Shown here in pieces: positions 27,101 to 42,100 of a stretch of DNA of 64,000 nt (position 1 is the first letter of the stretch; the number at the start of each line of letters is the position of its first letter). The notes beneath the pieces were generated by a model, which was given only the letters and a program-made list of their open reading frames with translations, made no database searches and was not told where the DNA came from. A program made the translations under genes and the position numbers. This stretch comes from Botryllus schlosseri (taxonomy: Eukaryota): NCBI GenBank assembly GCA_051294905.1, contig CM119371.1, forward strand, positions 33,666,001-33,730,000, written 5' to 3'.

Positions 27101-30100
27101 TCAAAAAGTTTACAAAGTCAAAAAAATTTTGACCTCTGCAGTTCATTTGTATTGAGATTTTGCACTATGTGAACATGTCATTTGATATTTTACATCTTGT
27201 AGCCTACTTTACAGGCCTACCGTTGTTGGCGGCCCGTTGTCTGCTCGTTTTGAATCATAAACGGTCAAATGAAACGAATAGGTTGATATGGTCAACGTAC
27301 CACAATATCCCAACTGAAGCAAGACTGCTTGGACATTGCATCGTTCATATATCAAGAAGCTCATGATGAAAAAATGTGACGTAGACACTATCGCCAGAAT
27401 GAAGCAACACGGTTTGTCACCAGCAGTGTACGCACAACTTGAGTGTTGCCAGCTAACAGCTGCTGCTGTTGAACGTTCTTTTTCCATTCTTGGCAAGCTA
27501 CTTAGTATGGACAGACACTTTCTACCCGAGAATGTAGGAAAGTATCTTTCGTTGTACTACAACAAATTTCAATTATTTCTACCATAATACGTGATTCAAC
27601 TACTGGAATTCTTTATAGTGCCAGATTTTGTTGAAATACTAATTTTTTCAGGTTAAATTTTGTCAGTTTTCAGGCCAAACTACTTGATAAGGGCAAAAAG
27701 TTCCAACCAGAAATGAAGTAGTACAATGTTAACATTATGTGGAAAAAACCTAATTTGCACACGCGAGTTCAAAATTTGGTCAAAATTCAGTATTTTTAGG
27801 TCAAAGAGTCTAAATTTTGATTTTTTAGGTAAAAAAATCGCCTTACTAATCAGTGTTGTACCTCAAAACTTCAATGCGACTAATCAACTCACTGATAGTA
27901 AAACAAAGGCCAGTTGGCTTCCGACTTTATCCTCTGCCTTCGTTTTCTCAGCACGATCGGTTTCTGCTGGGGTTGCTCCTTCCTGGCGATGCCCATCTGG
28001 TCCCGCCAATGGACGAGGAGGTGGTTGGCACGTTTGCTGACGACCCTTTCGATCTGTTTCGATGAAAATATTGACGAAACGACACATCAGCGATTTATCA
28101 CTAGGGAAGAGAAAATTGGAGCATCAAAGTAATTCGATAGTCAATTGAGTATTGAGCACGGACTTGACTCGGTGGTGAATTGAAAATGACTCGACTTGAC
28201 TCGAGTCAAAACTATAAAATTGAGACGGACTTGTGACCCGGAGCCTTTTGACCTGGCTCCAACCCTGGATCTACCCAACGTAAATACTATGATTTGAAAT
28301 CCTAAATTTGGATCATCAATAACTTCATTTCAACCGGTTGGAATTGAGCCAAATTTGTTGTGCATAGTTTTTTTAGACAGCTTAACAATTTCATGCGGTA
28401 GCCAGTAAATTCGAAAAGATTTCAAATTTATTTGGTAAATAAACCAGACTTTTCTACCACAAGAACTTCTCTTCCGTTGGTTGGAATTGGGACAAAATTG
28501 GCGTGCATAATAAAAGTCTATCGAAACTGTAATTATCATCGAAAAATAAGCGTTGAAGCCGCAAGCCTGGGTCTCAAATCGAAGAGAACGCAGGCGTTTC
28601 AGTGGTTGAACACTCGGGCTGTTCAAAACCAACTTTTTTTCACATTTTACTGACTACTTGATAAAACCGCTGAGCTACCTAAAAAAAAACGGCGCACACC
28701 AATTTTGGCACAATTCCAACCTGTGTAGTAGAAAATTCTGGACGTATTCAATAAAATGAATATACATTTTTTGCGAAGTTTACCGGCTACCCCGTGAAAT
28801 TGTTGGGTCGTCTGAAAAAACGGTGCACAACAAATTTTGCTCAATTCCAACCAGAAGAAGCGAAGTTATTGACGTTCAGAATTTAAGATTATAAATCATA
28901 GTATTTACGATGGGTAAGTCTATATAATAAATCGGTGTGCAGCCTTTTTTTAGGTTACCTAACAATTTTATCAAGTAGACAGTAATATTTGAAAAAAGTT
29001 ATATTTCAATTCAACAGCCATATTGAACACATTCGAACGATTTGGATTCAGCTCGAAGCCTAGCCTTAGCACCAGAACTTCCGTACCTGTTTGAGATTCT
29101 TGTCCAACTGCCTCCACGCAGTCTGTTTCTTGTTGCTCTGATCCTGAAATACAAACACGAAAAATTTCACACGTCTGGCATTCAAATTGGATCGAAATCC
29201 TGAAAAATTGCATATTGCGCCAATCTCAAGCGACAACTGGTGTTTTCACAGCGTTTTATAGCATTACTCACAATCGCATGTTTTAAATTGTCTCGAATGT
29301 TGATTAAATCTTGCTCGTTCTCTGGAACCGGGTCTTCGGAATCGAGATAAGTAAGCAGGCCTGCAGGCTGAGAACGAAATGAAGGTAATTAAATACTATA
29401 CAATGGCATGATATTTCACATTAAATGTAAGGCCCAGTTTTCGACATACATCTCACAGATATAGTATTATGTAGCCTGACGTTTTGGGTATTTCCTTTAC
29501 AATCAGAGATTTAAATCACAGGTAAGGCCCTTTGTGGTAGCCATTATGCTGAACTAAAGACCCTCTCATACTGTATTTAAGCAAACGGTAATTAACGCAA
29601 GTTATCTGAGAGAAATGGACTGAAAGATGCTTTTGAATGTGTTAAATAACATTCAAAATTTGATACAATTCATCACAGCTCCAAACATCTCGTACAAATA
29701 TTCAACTTCTATAAATTACTGAGCTTTGAAATCTTTGAATAACACTTGCAAATCACTGGTTCAAATATTTAATATATGTATTAAAATTGTCATTTGCGAA
29801 GTTTTAAAAATAAAGTGCCAAAGAATTGGCATACAATACCAATAACGAAACATTTGCCAAGATTTATAATTTGAAAACCTATAGTTCAACGGAAATCATG
29901 TAATCATCTGGAACAAATATTGAATACCGTGCTGATAAAATATATTGTTTTGAAAACTAGAATAAAAAACTATGTACCAGTGTTCTACGAAGCAGCCCCA
30001 TCGCTGTAGGGTGTCCGGTAACCCACAGTCCGACCAGGTGTCGACTTAATTGTCTGTTTGTCAGCATTCGCGAGTCCGTCGACACCGTGAACATGGCGGT

Positions 30101-33100
30101 GTGTAGGTGGCGAGGCAGCGCTCCCTACAAAAATATAAATTTGAAAATGTAAAATTGCTGTTGATAAGATGGTTGATACATAATGTTCCTTCCAATTCTC
30201 TACTAGTTGCTGACGATTAACCCTGACGAGTGTCAGCCGAAAATATCCCGAGATTATATCAATATCAACATTTTACGCAAAAATTGTATACTGAGGCCCT
30301 AAAATTGCTATTGTATTATAGGCATAGAGAAAGAATATATTTTGCAAACAGAATTCCAGTCCTTGCAATGTTTTAAATGCAATTCCACAAATTCAGGTGT
30401 TAGTTTATTCAAAAGAATCATAATATTATCAGGATTCCTATGCCAATGTAATCAAATATAATCCGTAGTTACTAGTGCGTAAGACGCACAGCACAGACAA
30501 CGTGCAAGGAAATATACAAACCTCGGCTAGAGCTAGGTCTTGCATATGAGCCGCCGTTTCCGAATCGCCTTCCTCTATAATGGCTTTCATCACCATACCG
30601 GCTCCTTTCACAATCGCCATAGACGGATGCTGTGTAATATTGATAAATAATAGCTTCTCTGAGGTACAGAACTTCAATATACAATATGAACATACTATTC
30701 AATTATTATCTATCATCGACCGTGGATTTGGATTCGAAAAACGGATTGGTATCTTTACGCTACATCAGGATTGATTTTTCAAAGCCAACAATTTGTACAA
30801 ATTATGGTCATCAATTACCAGGTATGGAATTGGTCAATTGGTTAGTTTTTGGACTACTTTGACTTGATTCATATCTACTTTATTTTCAAAAGAAGCCAGG
30901 GTTGTAACCAAGTCACAAGGTTGCGAGTCACAAGACAATTTGACTTCTACAGTTTTGACTCAAGTTTGAGTCAAATCGAGTCATTTTAAATTCCCCATCG
31001 CGTCATTGTGTCAAGACTCGATTCCGAGTACAAGTCATGTTTACTGTTCAGTTCATTATCAAATTCAAGCAAGGTTCAACTAACGTCTGTAAAATTCTTG
31101 GGTGATATCGAAGGCCTCGGATTCATAGTATATTCAACAGATAAATAACAGTTTCTGGGCCTATTTTACGAGTATCGGTCCAGATATACGAGTCATGACT
31201 CGAGTCATTTTTCGACCCTAAAGCACGCCGAGTTTCTTACTTGGAATAGCTTGAATATGCTCCGGCCCATGTCGGCCACCATCTGCAGCAGCTGTTCGAA
31301 GCACTTGCCGTCCGTGGTCTCGCTGTGCGGGGCGCACAACGAAAAGGTCAGGAAATCAAGCATGGCGCTGATCACCAGGGCTCCGCGGCCTTTTTTCTGC
31401 AGAGAGAATATGCGAGAGTGACACTGAGTTGTGTACAGAAAAGGCGGTTGCTAGTAAACATGAGCCTTCAAAAGAGTAAGAGTGATTGTGACAGAAAGAA
31501 ATGACTTACGAGGAGAATATAACTACTTGGGGACAGAACAGTTGATACGAGAAGATTGGCGTGCGAGGGATGGAGGAATGAATTGCAATTTTGGCAAAAT
31601 AACGTCCGTTCAGTTTGAAATTGATCCGCATTGCTTGGGACATGCATTCGATGTGCATTTTGAAACGGGTGGTGAACTGCCTCGGTTGATTCGAGCTGGA
31701 ATTACCCAGTTGGTTGCAATATTGCTGGTTGATCAAGACTTAAAACATGTCATTTCTACTAACGTGCTTAGCTTCATGCTGCACGTTTCATGGCTTCCAA
31801 CATTAGGAAGAAAATCATTGGTACCGGTATAATTCTAGTTGATAAATTAACTCTCCTGATATATATTTTTAGTACTCGACAATACTGTCTCCTCACGCTA
31901 CTTACTTAGGATCATTACAATTACAATTAACACTAGGTTCGTATCATTGCCCCCAGCCATAACTCTGAGCTGTAGTCAATTCGGCAACGTGAAATTGGAT
32001 CCACAGTCAGAAACCCTAGCGCACTCACCACTCTGATCTCAAACTGATCCAGCAAAGTTTGCAGGAACTTCTTCGAAGACAGCAAAGACGATTTGTTCAA
32101 CTGCTCCTGTCTGAGATCGTAATCGTCGTGCATAGGCTGAAAAGAAAGTATTCCTATCGAACATCAAAATCAAGCAAACTGGACCGAAAAAGAAGCTCTA
32201 GGCAGGTAGCTTATATATATGTATATTCATATTGAAATGAAGCCGACTATTTTCAGCTGACACTCGTCAGGGGTAATGGTCGGCAACTAGTAGAGAATTG
32301 GAAAGAACACTGTGTGTCAACAATCGTATCACAAAATTTTGCACCCCATGCGATTTACGATCACTTTCGTAGTTTTTGCTTTGTGTATAGTCCTCATTTC
32401 GTATTCGAGAATTCTCTCATCAACAGTCAATCTTCCATGCGATCAAACTATCCACGGGGATTGTTTGCTTTGTGTTTGCATTTTGTGATATGACGATAAG
32501 GGGCACGAAATTTTTTACTATCATAAAGGGGGGCGTGTTTAAAAAAAGTTTTAGAACCACCGACTCAAGCTCATCGCACCATTTTTCAGTGACGCAACAA
32601 CTAATTTAGAAACTTTTGCACTCGTAAAATTGCTGCGCAACGCACGAAACCATGTACTTACGCAGAGCAAGGTAGCCAACATATCGATGGCGGCGTGAGT
32701 AACCCCGTCGCTGGAACGCTTCAAAGCTTTCACAACCTTCAAACCGAGTTTTTCGCGGAACCTAACATAGAAAAATAGTAATGAAAACATTTTTAAACCG
32801 TCTTCTATCAATGCACCAATCCAGGGATGTAAGGACTCGAGTCACTTTCTTAAACATGGAAAATGACTCGTTCGATGTGTCATATGGGTCGAGAAATTCT
32901 ATACAGCTTAATTGAAGTCTTGACTATCAGTGTCAGCACCAATATGCCAAAAAAAATTTTTCTATCTCTTTGAATAAACCTGTTACGAGTGAAAAAGAAT
33001 AGTATATTATGAACTCCAGGCGACTCGACAGTGGACACATTCCATATGACTCATTCAAGTGTCGTATACGAGGACTGGCAATTGAAAATAGGCCCAGGAA

Positions 33101-36100
33101 CTGTCTTTTATCGGTTTGAATAAACATGTTTGCGCACGACTCGAGACTGGGCCTACCAAGACAGACATTTCATTGTCATTTCGAAGAATAGTAGAGTTGT
33201 CATACTATTCTTTTTTCGTCTATCGGTACTGGTACTTGAAAATGCTACCAGAAACTGTTAAAAGTGAGGAAAAGTAGTGTAATATAAACGCGAAGCATTC
33301 GATATCACCAAACAGAGTTGTAAAAAGTGGGTTTCACATGACATCAACTCGGAACTGACCGATCAACACATTGACTTGGACTCGGACTCGAGTCAAAACA
33401 TTATGACTCGGGCACGACACTCCACTACAAACTTGGACTCGGACTTGACTCGATTGTGAATTGAAAATTGCTTGACTTGACTCGAGACAAAGCTACATAA
33501 GTGAGATTGACTTGCGACTCGGAGCCTTGTGACTTGGTTACGGCCCTGTTTAAACTCGATAATGCAGAGAGAACGCTATGATTTGGACATAGACTCGAGT
33601 CTTGCCAGTGTGACTTGGACTCGATCCAGATTTTAACTTGGTGGCAATTGAAAATGACTCGACTTGACCCGAGTCATAACTACAAAGTAAGATTGACTTG
33701 TGACTCTCAACATTGCGACTTGCGCACAACCCTGCACCAAAACAATGGGACTCCGTCCGGTAATAGCAAAAAGTGGGCTAATCGTTGAGATGTAAAGATA
33801 TCAATATTGGTAGCTCTAAATTGCAAGGGGATTTTAACACATACTTTGGTAGATTGGTGAACGCCACGAAACCGGCTTTGGAAGCCACGAGACGTCTGAT
33901 CGCATGAAATTGAGACTCCAGCTCTGGGTCTGATATGGTGTCTTGGTCGCCTGAGAATACAACGCAAACAAGTGATGACACATGGGGTACTGCGCCCTAT
34001 GGTTACAAAATTCAGCCATTACGGAAAGGTGATACAGACGACCTTCTGTCTACTTAACGACATCCCAGGTATAAAAACGTTGAGCCGTGGTTCTCAACCA
34101 TTTCGTCTTCACGGACCCCCGCGGACTTCCTAATGTTTTTGTTCAAATTTAGCTCAATTATCATGCAACCGTCGTCTGAATGGTGCTAATAACTACTGCA
34201 GGATAGTTATGAACAGTAACAAAATGTCTTTTCTTAAAAATAACGTATTATTTATGTAGAAATTGGGAAGTTATATTATTTCAAAGCAAATTCTAGCCGC
34301 ATTTCTTGCAATACGTGATCGCGACTTGAAAATATGGACCTCCGATTTAATGTGAACACATTAGATGCTTGCGAATGTGATAATAACTTGTAACGCTTCC
34401 GGCGACACCTTTGGGAATGGTCGCAAAATAGAGAAACAGATATTTAATGAACGTAATAACACATTCAGCCTAATCAGTTCTATCCGGCAGATCATATTGA
34501 AGTTATTCTGGTTCAGTGATTATGTATAACACGGGAGAAAATGAATTTTTGCAAACACTTGACGTTACTACCCTATTTTTTAAAAATTTTCAGCAAACTG
34601 AAAGTAAACAGCTCTAAGCAGCATCATGTTTGTATCAGTAGGCAATTAGCAATTTGGCAATTAAAATGAGTTTGCACGGCAAGATATTTCATCCCAGACG
34701 ACCATTCTGTGGATGTTAGTTCTGAAGATTAGCAGTTATGAAGCAAAACTGCCTCGTGATTTCTTCAAATTTAAAAAGATTACAAATTAGGTTATCGACC
34801 ATTTTGCGAATTTGGAGGTTTCGCGGACCCCCTGAAAATGCTTCACGGACCCCTATGGGTTAGAGGCAGGGTTGTAACCAAGTCACAAGGCTCCGAGTCA
34901 TGAGTCAATCTCCCTTTTATAGTTTTGACTCGAGTCAAGTCGAGTCATTCTCAATTCACCACTGAGTCAAGTTCGAGTCCAAGTCAGCGAGAAGAGGGTC
35001 GAGTCCTAGTCATGGTATTATGACTCGAGTCAAAGTCATTGTGTTGACAGCTCAGTGCTCAGTTTCCAGTTAAAGTCTTGTTAAATCCACTTTTTATAAC
35101 TCTGTTTGGTGATAACAAATGGTTCGCTTTTATAATATACTAATTTTCCTCACTTTTAGCAGTTTCTGGTATCATTATCAAGTAACAGTACTAACAGACG
35201 AAATACCAGTAGTGTGGTTACTTTACTATTCATCGAAATTACAATGAAATGTCAGTTTTGACCGTCTGAGTCTCAAGTCATATGACTTGGTTCGAGTCAT
35301 GCGCAATGACTTCAGCCAAAGTCGAGTCAATACACAGATTGACTCGAGTCGAGTCAATTCCGTATTTTGAGAAAATGACTCGAGTCAAGTAGAGCCATCA
35401 GAATATCGTGACTCGAGTCATTACAACCCTGGTTAGAGGACCTCTGGTTGAGAACCACAGCATAAAGCAGTATTGGTGTGAGGCGTAACCTTAACCGAAT
35501 GGCAACGGCTGCAATTTTCGAAAAATTTTACTTCAATTTTCAAAATCGAAAAACTGTGCCTTAATGGGATTGGAGCACGGTGAACAAGGTAGTGTTCGAT
35601 TCAGAATTTCAACGCGGATCCGATTGCGCCACTCAAATCATTTCGAGCTCTGTGTCTGGCCACTTATATCCAGAGCAAGCCGAGAAAACGTTGCTTGGAA
35701 GCAGAAATGCTAAATTGCGGACCTTATGAACCTTAGTGTAGGTATTCGACGACCATACAGTCTGGTGTATTGTATAGGCTCAGAATTCATCGTTCTAGAG
35801 AGCCCTGAGTCGAAGGTCTACGTCTAGCAGGCGCTAATTTCTAATCAAAACAATACCGACCGTTTTAGTCAGCTCGCGGCAGGCCTCCGAGAGAGTGAGT
35901 CATAGCGAATGATTCGCGCGCGTATGGTAACTTGTAAGGCTTATAACTCAAACTGTTGTGACCCTATATTAGTCATTTTAGTATTCGTCATTTTAGTATT
36001 CGTAGACGGATATTTACAGTCCTTACCATAATGATTTACTGCAAATGCTTATCATTACTACAACGTAAGATGTATATCGATGTACGACAGCTCTTTGTAT

Positions 36101-39100
36101 ACCCAGACGCACGCTTTTGCGTAGGTATAATCGCTGAGTAATATTGTATGTATTCCTAATTATACTCTACCATTAGCCGTTATTTTGAATCATATGTGCA
36201 ACAACAATTCACAGACACAATCTATGAAGGTTTATGGCTATTAGAACACGATATATTTCACGTTATGTGACGGGTATTCAGCCATGTGCTTGAAGCTGGT
36301 ACGGTAGTCTGACGGAATTCGCTTCCCGGTTTTCAAATGAAACCTTGAGCGGTATAGAGCTAACTAGTATAGTTGCTTTAGAAAAATATAAACAGAAACT
36401 GACAATCGCTACTCATAGCAACAAACTACAGCTGGTTATGACGAATAAAACCAACTAAACGACAGTGTATATGGCGCGTATGAGGAACGCGCGTGTCTGC
36501 GAAATGATGCTTCGGCGGATATTTTTGTCACGCGGCCTATCACATAGCTTTTGATCAGCTTAGATGTAACTAATATCAGATATGAAGATACGTGTGGACT
36601 TGTATGGACACTAGCTATTCACATAATGAAACAACTATGCGCGAAGACGGCTAGAACGAAACATACAGAACGTTATCTGAGAGTGGTCAATGAGGCGCGA
36701 ATTGCCGACACAGTGTATTTTGCAACATATTTATCTACGGTGTTTGATATACGATTTTGACGTCTTCGATATAATAATATCATAAAACAAGGTATCAATG
36801 AACTTGTACGAACAATATCTATTCACAGAAATGAAAAACAACGACCTAGCACGATTAATGTGTAATATATCGTGGTTTCAATTACGGTACTCTTCTCTCG
36901 TACCGGCATGTCGAAAAATAGACACGCCGGTGCCAAACGGTTAAAGTACAGGCAAAAACAGTCTGAACACTTGACTATGTGTTACTGTGGTGGCTGGAGG
37001 AAAACAGTTGATTGTCAACACTGAATAATATGCAAACTCAACATCACAGTAAAACATCCAAAATTCACCTTCTTTCTCAAGAAGAGCGTTGACAGCGCCG
37101 TTGATCAACTTTTCCTTGTTTTCCGAAAAAAATCCGTCTTGCTTGACCGCCCACAGCAGACCGCTGCAACAAATTAACGAATGCTGTTCATTAACAATTA
37201 CTTCCTTCCAACACGATAATAGTTAGACTGTGCAAATGTTCGGAATGCGACAGGAGTGAAATAACTAGGCCGATTCTTTTTACCTAAAAAACGGAAGATT
37301 CTGACCTAAGAAATCAAAACTTTGAAATTTTATGACCTTAAAAATCTCAATTTTGACCAAATTTGATCTAACGTATGCAAATTAGATGTTTCCCCACATC
37401 ATGTTAGAATTGTACTACTTATCTTCATTTCTGGTTGGAATTGTCCGTCCTTACGGAGTAGTTTGGCCCGCAAAAGGCTTTTTTGCCTCAAAAACTGACA
37501 AATTTTACATGAAAAAACTTTATTTTCACGAAACCTGACCCTCGGAAGAATTCCAGTAGTTACACCACGCATTATGGTAGAAAAAATTGAAAAAATTTGT
37601 AGTTCAACGAAAGATACTTTCCTACATTCTCGGGTAGAAAATGTCTGTCCTTACTAAGTAGCTTGCCAAGAATGGAGAAAGAACGTTCGGCAGCAGCAGT
37701 TGTTGGCTGACAACAATCAAGTTGTGCGTACACTGCTGGTGACAAACCGTCTTGCTGCATTCTGACAATGGTGCCTATAAGCTACTGGATTTTCAAAATG
37801 GCCAACTAGAACTACTCAATTTTGAAAATATGCAACTAGAACTAGAACTAGTCACTTTTTATAACTTGCAACTAGGACTAGAACTACTCGAAAAACCGTT
37901 GGCTAGTTGACCGTCAACTTTGAACTAAATTGGTAATTTGTACAAGACTGGCTTACACATGTCAGAGGTAGGCCTGATCGTCAGCGACTAGCAGAGAATT
38001 GAGACGAACATTGCTTATCAACAATCTTATGACCCCACCTGTACTGTACACAGTTGTTGAACCTGAACACGGCTTCGCAAAAATTTCCGTTCGGCGGCTG
38101 TGCGAGAAACCGCAAATGCAGGCTTTCGACATCTTCCTCGACTGGGATATACATGGGGCCGAGCCTCTGACCCAGATTAGTTTCGGTCATCTGAATATGA
38201 ATTCCAAGTGTAATTAACCAAGTTTTGTTCGGAGTTTGGGGTGTACAATAGGGTCTTCAAAAATAACTTTTTTTCTCAAATCGTACGTACTGGCTGCTTG
38301 ATAAAATTGTTAGGTTACCTAATTTAAGCCTACACACCAAATTTGGTTTAATTCCAACCAGTAGCCGCATTGCTACAAGAGATAAAAAGTTTTGGACTTG
38401 AATAAAGTAGTATTTACGGTGGGCACCACTATAATAAATAATTAAAGAATGGGTCACCGTAAATACTATTTTATTCATAATCCAAATTTTTCGACTGCAA
38501 TAACTCCGCTTCCACTGTTTGGAATTGAACCAAATTTGGCGAACAGCGTTTCTATACACAACCCAACACTTTCACGGGGTGAACAGAAAATTTTCAAATT
38601 TTTTGTCATTTATTTCTATATAATGAATAGAAACTTTCTCCTGTAGCAATGCGGCTACTGGTTGGAATTGAACCAAATTTGGTGGATAGGCTTTAATTAG
38701 GTAACCTAACAAATTTATCAAGTAGCCAGTACGATTTAAGAAAAAAAGTAATTTTGGAAGACCCCTAGCGTACAAAGGTGATAAAAGTAGTGAATATAAC
38801 TACTACGGCAGAAATAATGCAGTAAATTTTTACTCAATTACAAGTAAAGGTAGAGATTTCCAAGACATGCAAAAATTAATTTGTATGGAAGTAAAAAATA
38901 CAGGTCTCAAAATAACTCAAATAGTTTCAAAACGTAGATCTTTTTCTAGGGGCGGCATCCGGGTTGTCGCCAAGTCGCAGGGTTCCGAGTCACGAGTCAA
39001 TCTCACTTTCATAGTTTTGACTCGAGTCAAGTCGAGTCATTTTCAATTCAACACCGAGTCAAGTCCGAGTCATCGTGTTTGGACTCGAGTCCGAGTCATT

Positions 39101-42100
39101 GGGTTCACTGTTCAGTTTTGAGTTCAATCCTGTTCAGCCCACTTTTTTCAACTCTGCTCGAGTTATATGGAATGGCTCGCATTCATAATATCGTAATTTT
39201 CCTCAGTCTTAACAGTTTCTGGCCCTATTTTCCAAGTATCAGGACTGATAGACGAAATACCGATCATGTGGCGACTTTACTATTCTTCCAAGTTACAATG
39301 AAATGTCCGTCTTGGCCGCCCTAGTCTCGAGTCTTATGACTTGGCTCGAGTCATGCACATTGCACAATGACTGGAGTACAAGTTGAGTCAAAACAATCCT
39401 GTATATAGCACACCCAGAAGTGAAGGCTTCGGTGAAGCCATGAGCCAAGCTTCGAAAGGGAAATGATTAACTATATATAATAGTGATACAGACCTTTCTG
39501 ATCAGGACAAGATAAAAATCCTAACCAGTTTGTCCAGTTCACAGCGCACAACGGCTAAAAAATCGTAGCGTTTTCTAACCTTGACGCACACATCTCGATT
39601 TCCAGACGCACGCACTCCGTCCAGTAGCGTAGCAAGAAGAGATTCGCGATCGGTGGACAGATAAATCCTTTTCTGCCCCTTACAATATTCGATCGTGAAT
39701 TTCTGCGGGTTGGCCGTGTCGCGCACCAGCGAAAAAACCTGAAAAGGAGGCGTCCCTCGTAAATCGGTAAACATTTCGGAGATTGGTAAATTCAATCGGC
39801 TTCTCTCGTATTCAAAACACAAATTCAATTGCGATAAGCTCCCAATCTGAATTCACATTCAAAAATGGATAGGAAAGGGTCATCTCTTTTTGCCTAGGCC
39901 ACAGTTGAACAACTACAAAATGTTCTCAGCTTTTTCTAATCATATTACCATAGTGTCCTATATCGTGTCGACACAGGCAAATCTCAGGCCTCAGTGAAAT
40001 TTATCACGTCACGTTACAGGTAATTTGACGGTCATTTTTGACCGGTTTGCCGAGCATTAAATTTGGTAAAACGGGTATTAATCGAAAGCTGACTCTCCAC
40101 TGATTACGAAAATACAAATTTTATTCCGCTCGTGTCCCTGGAACTCCCACAATCAGCCTCGAATTTTTACTTGTTATGGAGATTGGCATTGTGATATAAG
40201 AACCATGCAATGCCTACGCAGTTTATGATCACAGTGAGCAGACAATGGGCCGTCTACAACGGTAGGCCTATAAAGTAGGCTACAAGCTGTAAAATCGCAA
40301 ATGATCAGTTCACCCACAGTGCAAAATCTACGACACAAACGAAACGCAGGTTGCAAAAAAATTTTGACTAGGTAACAATTTTGACATTTTTTGACCCAAC
40401 GCTACAATTTTGACAAAATTTTTTGGACTTGTCAAAAAAAATCGCCCTGTTTATAAGACATTGTTGTGACTTCTAAACAAGGACAAATCGTCATAAATAA
40501 GAGGGCCATGATATTACTGACTATATAAGTATACCATGCGAGCTCTATAGCCCATAGGCTGAAATCCCTGATCAAGACTCCTTTATATCACTCCTAGCCA
40601 TCAGGAAGCATCTGTGAGCGTCTCACAAAGCACCAAATCTACCAGAGTGGCGCTAAATCTGCCCGATGATAGACATCGATGCATACTCACTTCAGACAAA
40701 GGCCTCAAGGTGGCGATATTGTACGTGGCTGGGTCCCTTTCAAGTATACAAGTCTCGCTTAAACACAGGGTCCTTCGCACTGGTTCCTGTAATGAAAAAC
40801 TATGAAAATCAAAAAATATGATTGCGGTTTACGCATTATTTCGTGATACAGAGTTCGTGGTCTACTTAGAGCTTGACGTACTGCTATGATTTTGACTCGA
40901 GTCAAGTCAAGTCATTTTTAATTCACCACCGAGTCAGCGTTAGGTGGTTGAGTCCAAGTCATAGTGTTAACTGCTCAAGTTTTTAGTTCAATCCAGTTCA
41001 ACCCACTCTTTTCAATTCTGCTCGAGTGATATAGAATGGCTCGCATTCATAATATCGTAATTTTCCTCAGTCCCAACACTTTCTGGCCCTATTTTCCAAG
41101 TATCAGGACTGATAGACGAAATACCAATCATGCGGTGACTTTACTAGTCTTCGAAGTTACAACGAAATGTCGGTCTTGGCCGTCCTAGTCTCGAGTCATA
41201 CGACTTGGTTAGAGTCACGCACAATAGGGCTCTTCAAAAATTACTTTTTTTCTAAAATCGTACTGGCTACTTGATAAAATTGTTGGGTTACCTAATTTAA
41301 GCCTACACACAAAATTTGGTTCAATTCCGACCAGTAGCCGCATTGCTACAGGAGAAGACAGTTTCTATTTATTATATAAAAATAAATAACAAAGAATTTG
41401 AAAATTTTCTGTTCACCCCATGAAAGTGTTAGGTTGTGTATAGAAACGATGTTCACCAAATTTGGTTCAATTCCAACCAGTGGAAGCGGAGTTACTGCCG
41501 TCGAAAAATTTGGATTTGAATAAAATAGTATTTACGGTGGGCACAACTATAATAAATAAACAAAGAATCGGTCACCGTAAATACTATTTTATTAAAATCC
41601 TAATTTTTCGACGGCAATAACTCCGCTTCCACTGATTGGAATTGAACCAAATTTGGTGAGCATCCTCTCTATAGACAGCATAACACTTTCACGGGGTGGA
41701 CAGAAAATTTTCAAATTTTTTATCATTTATTTTTATATAATAAATAGAAACTTTCTTCTCCTGTAGCAAAGCGGTTACTGGCTGGAATTGAACCAAATTT
41801 GGTGTGCAGGCTTAAATTAGGTAACCTAACAATTTTATCAAGTAGCCAGTACGATTTGAGGAAAAAAGTCATTTTTGAAGAGCCCTAATGCACAATGACA
41901 AGTCGAGTCAACACAAAAATTGACTCGAGTCGAGTCATTTTACGGATTCGAAAAAATGACTCGAGTCAGACCCAAGTCGAGTCGTGACTCGAGAAATTAC
42001 ACTATGCTGAAAAATCAAACACACGATCTCACATCCACTCTGTGCGTGATCTTCTGCACTTGAAATTCCGCGGAGGAAGTCACGTGTTCGTCTTCGCTGT

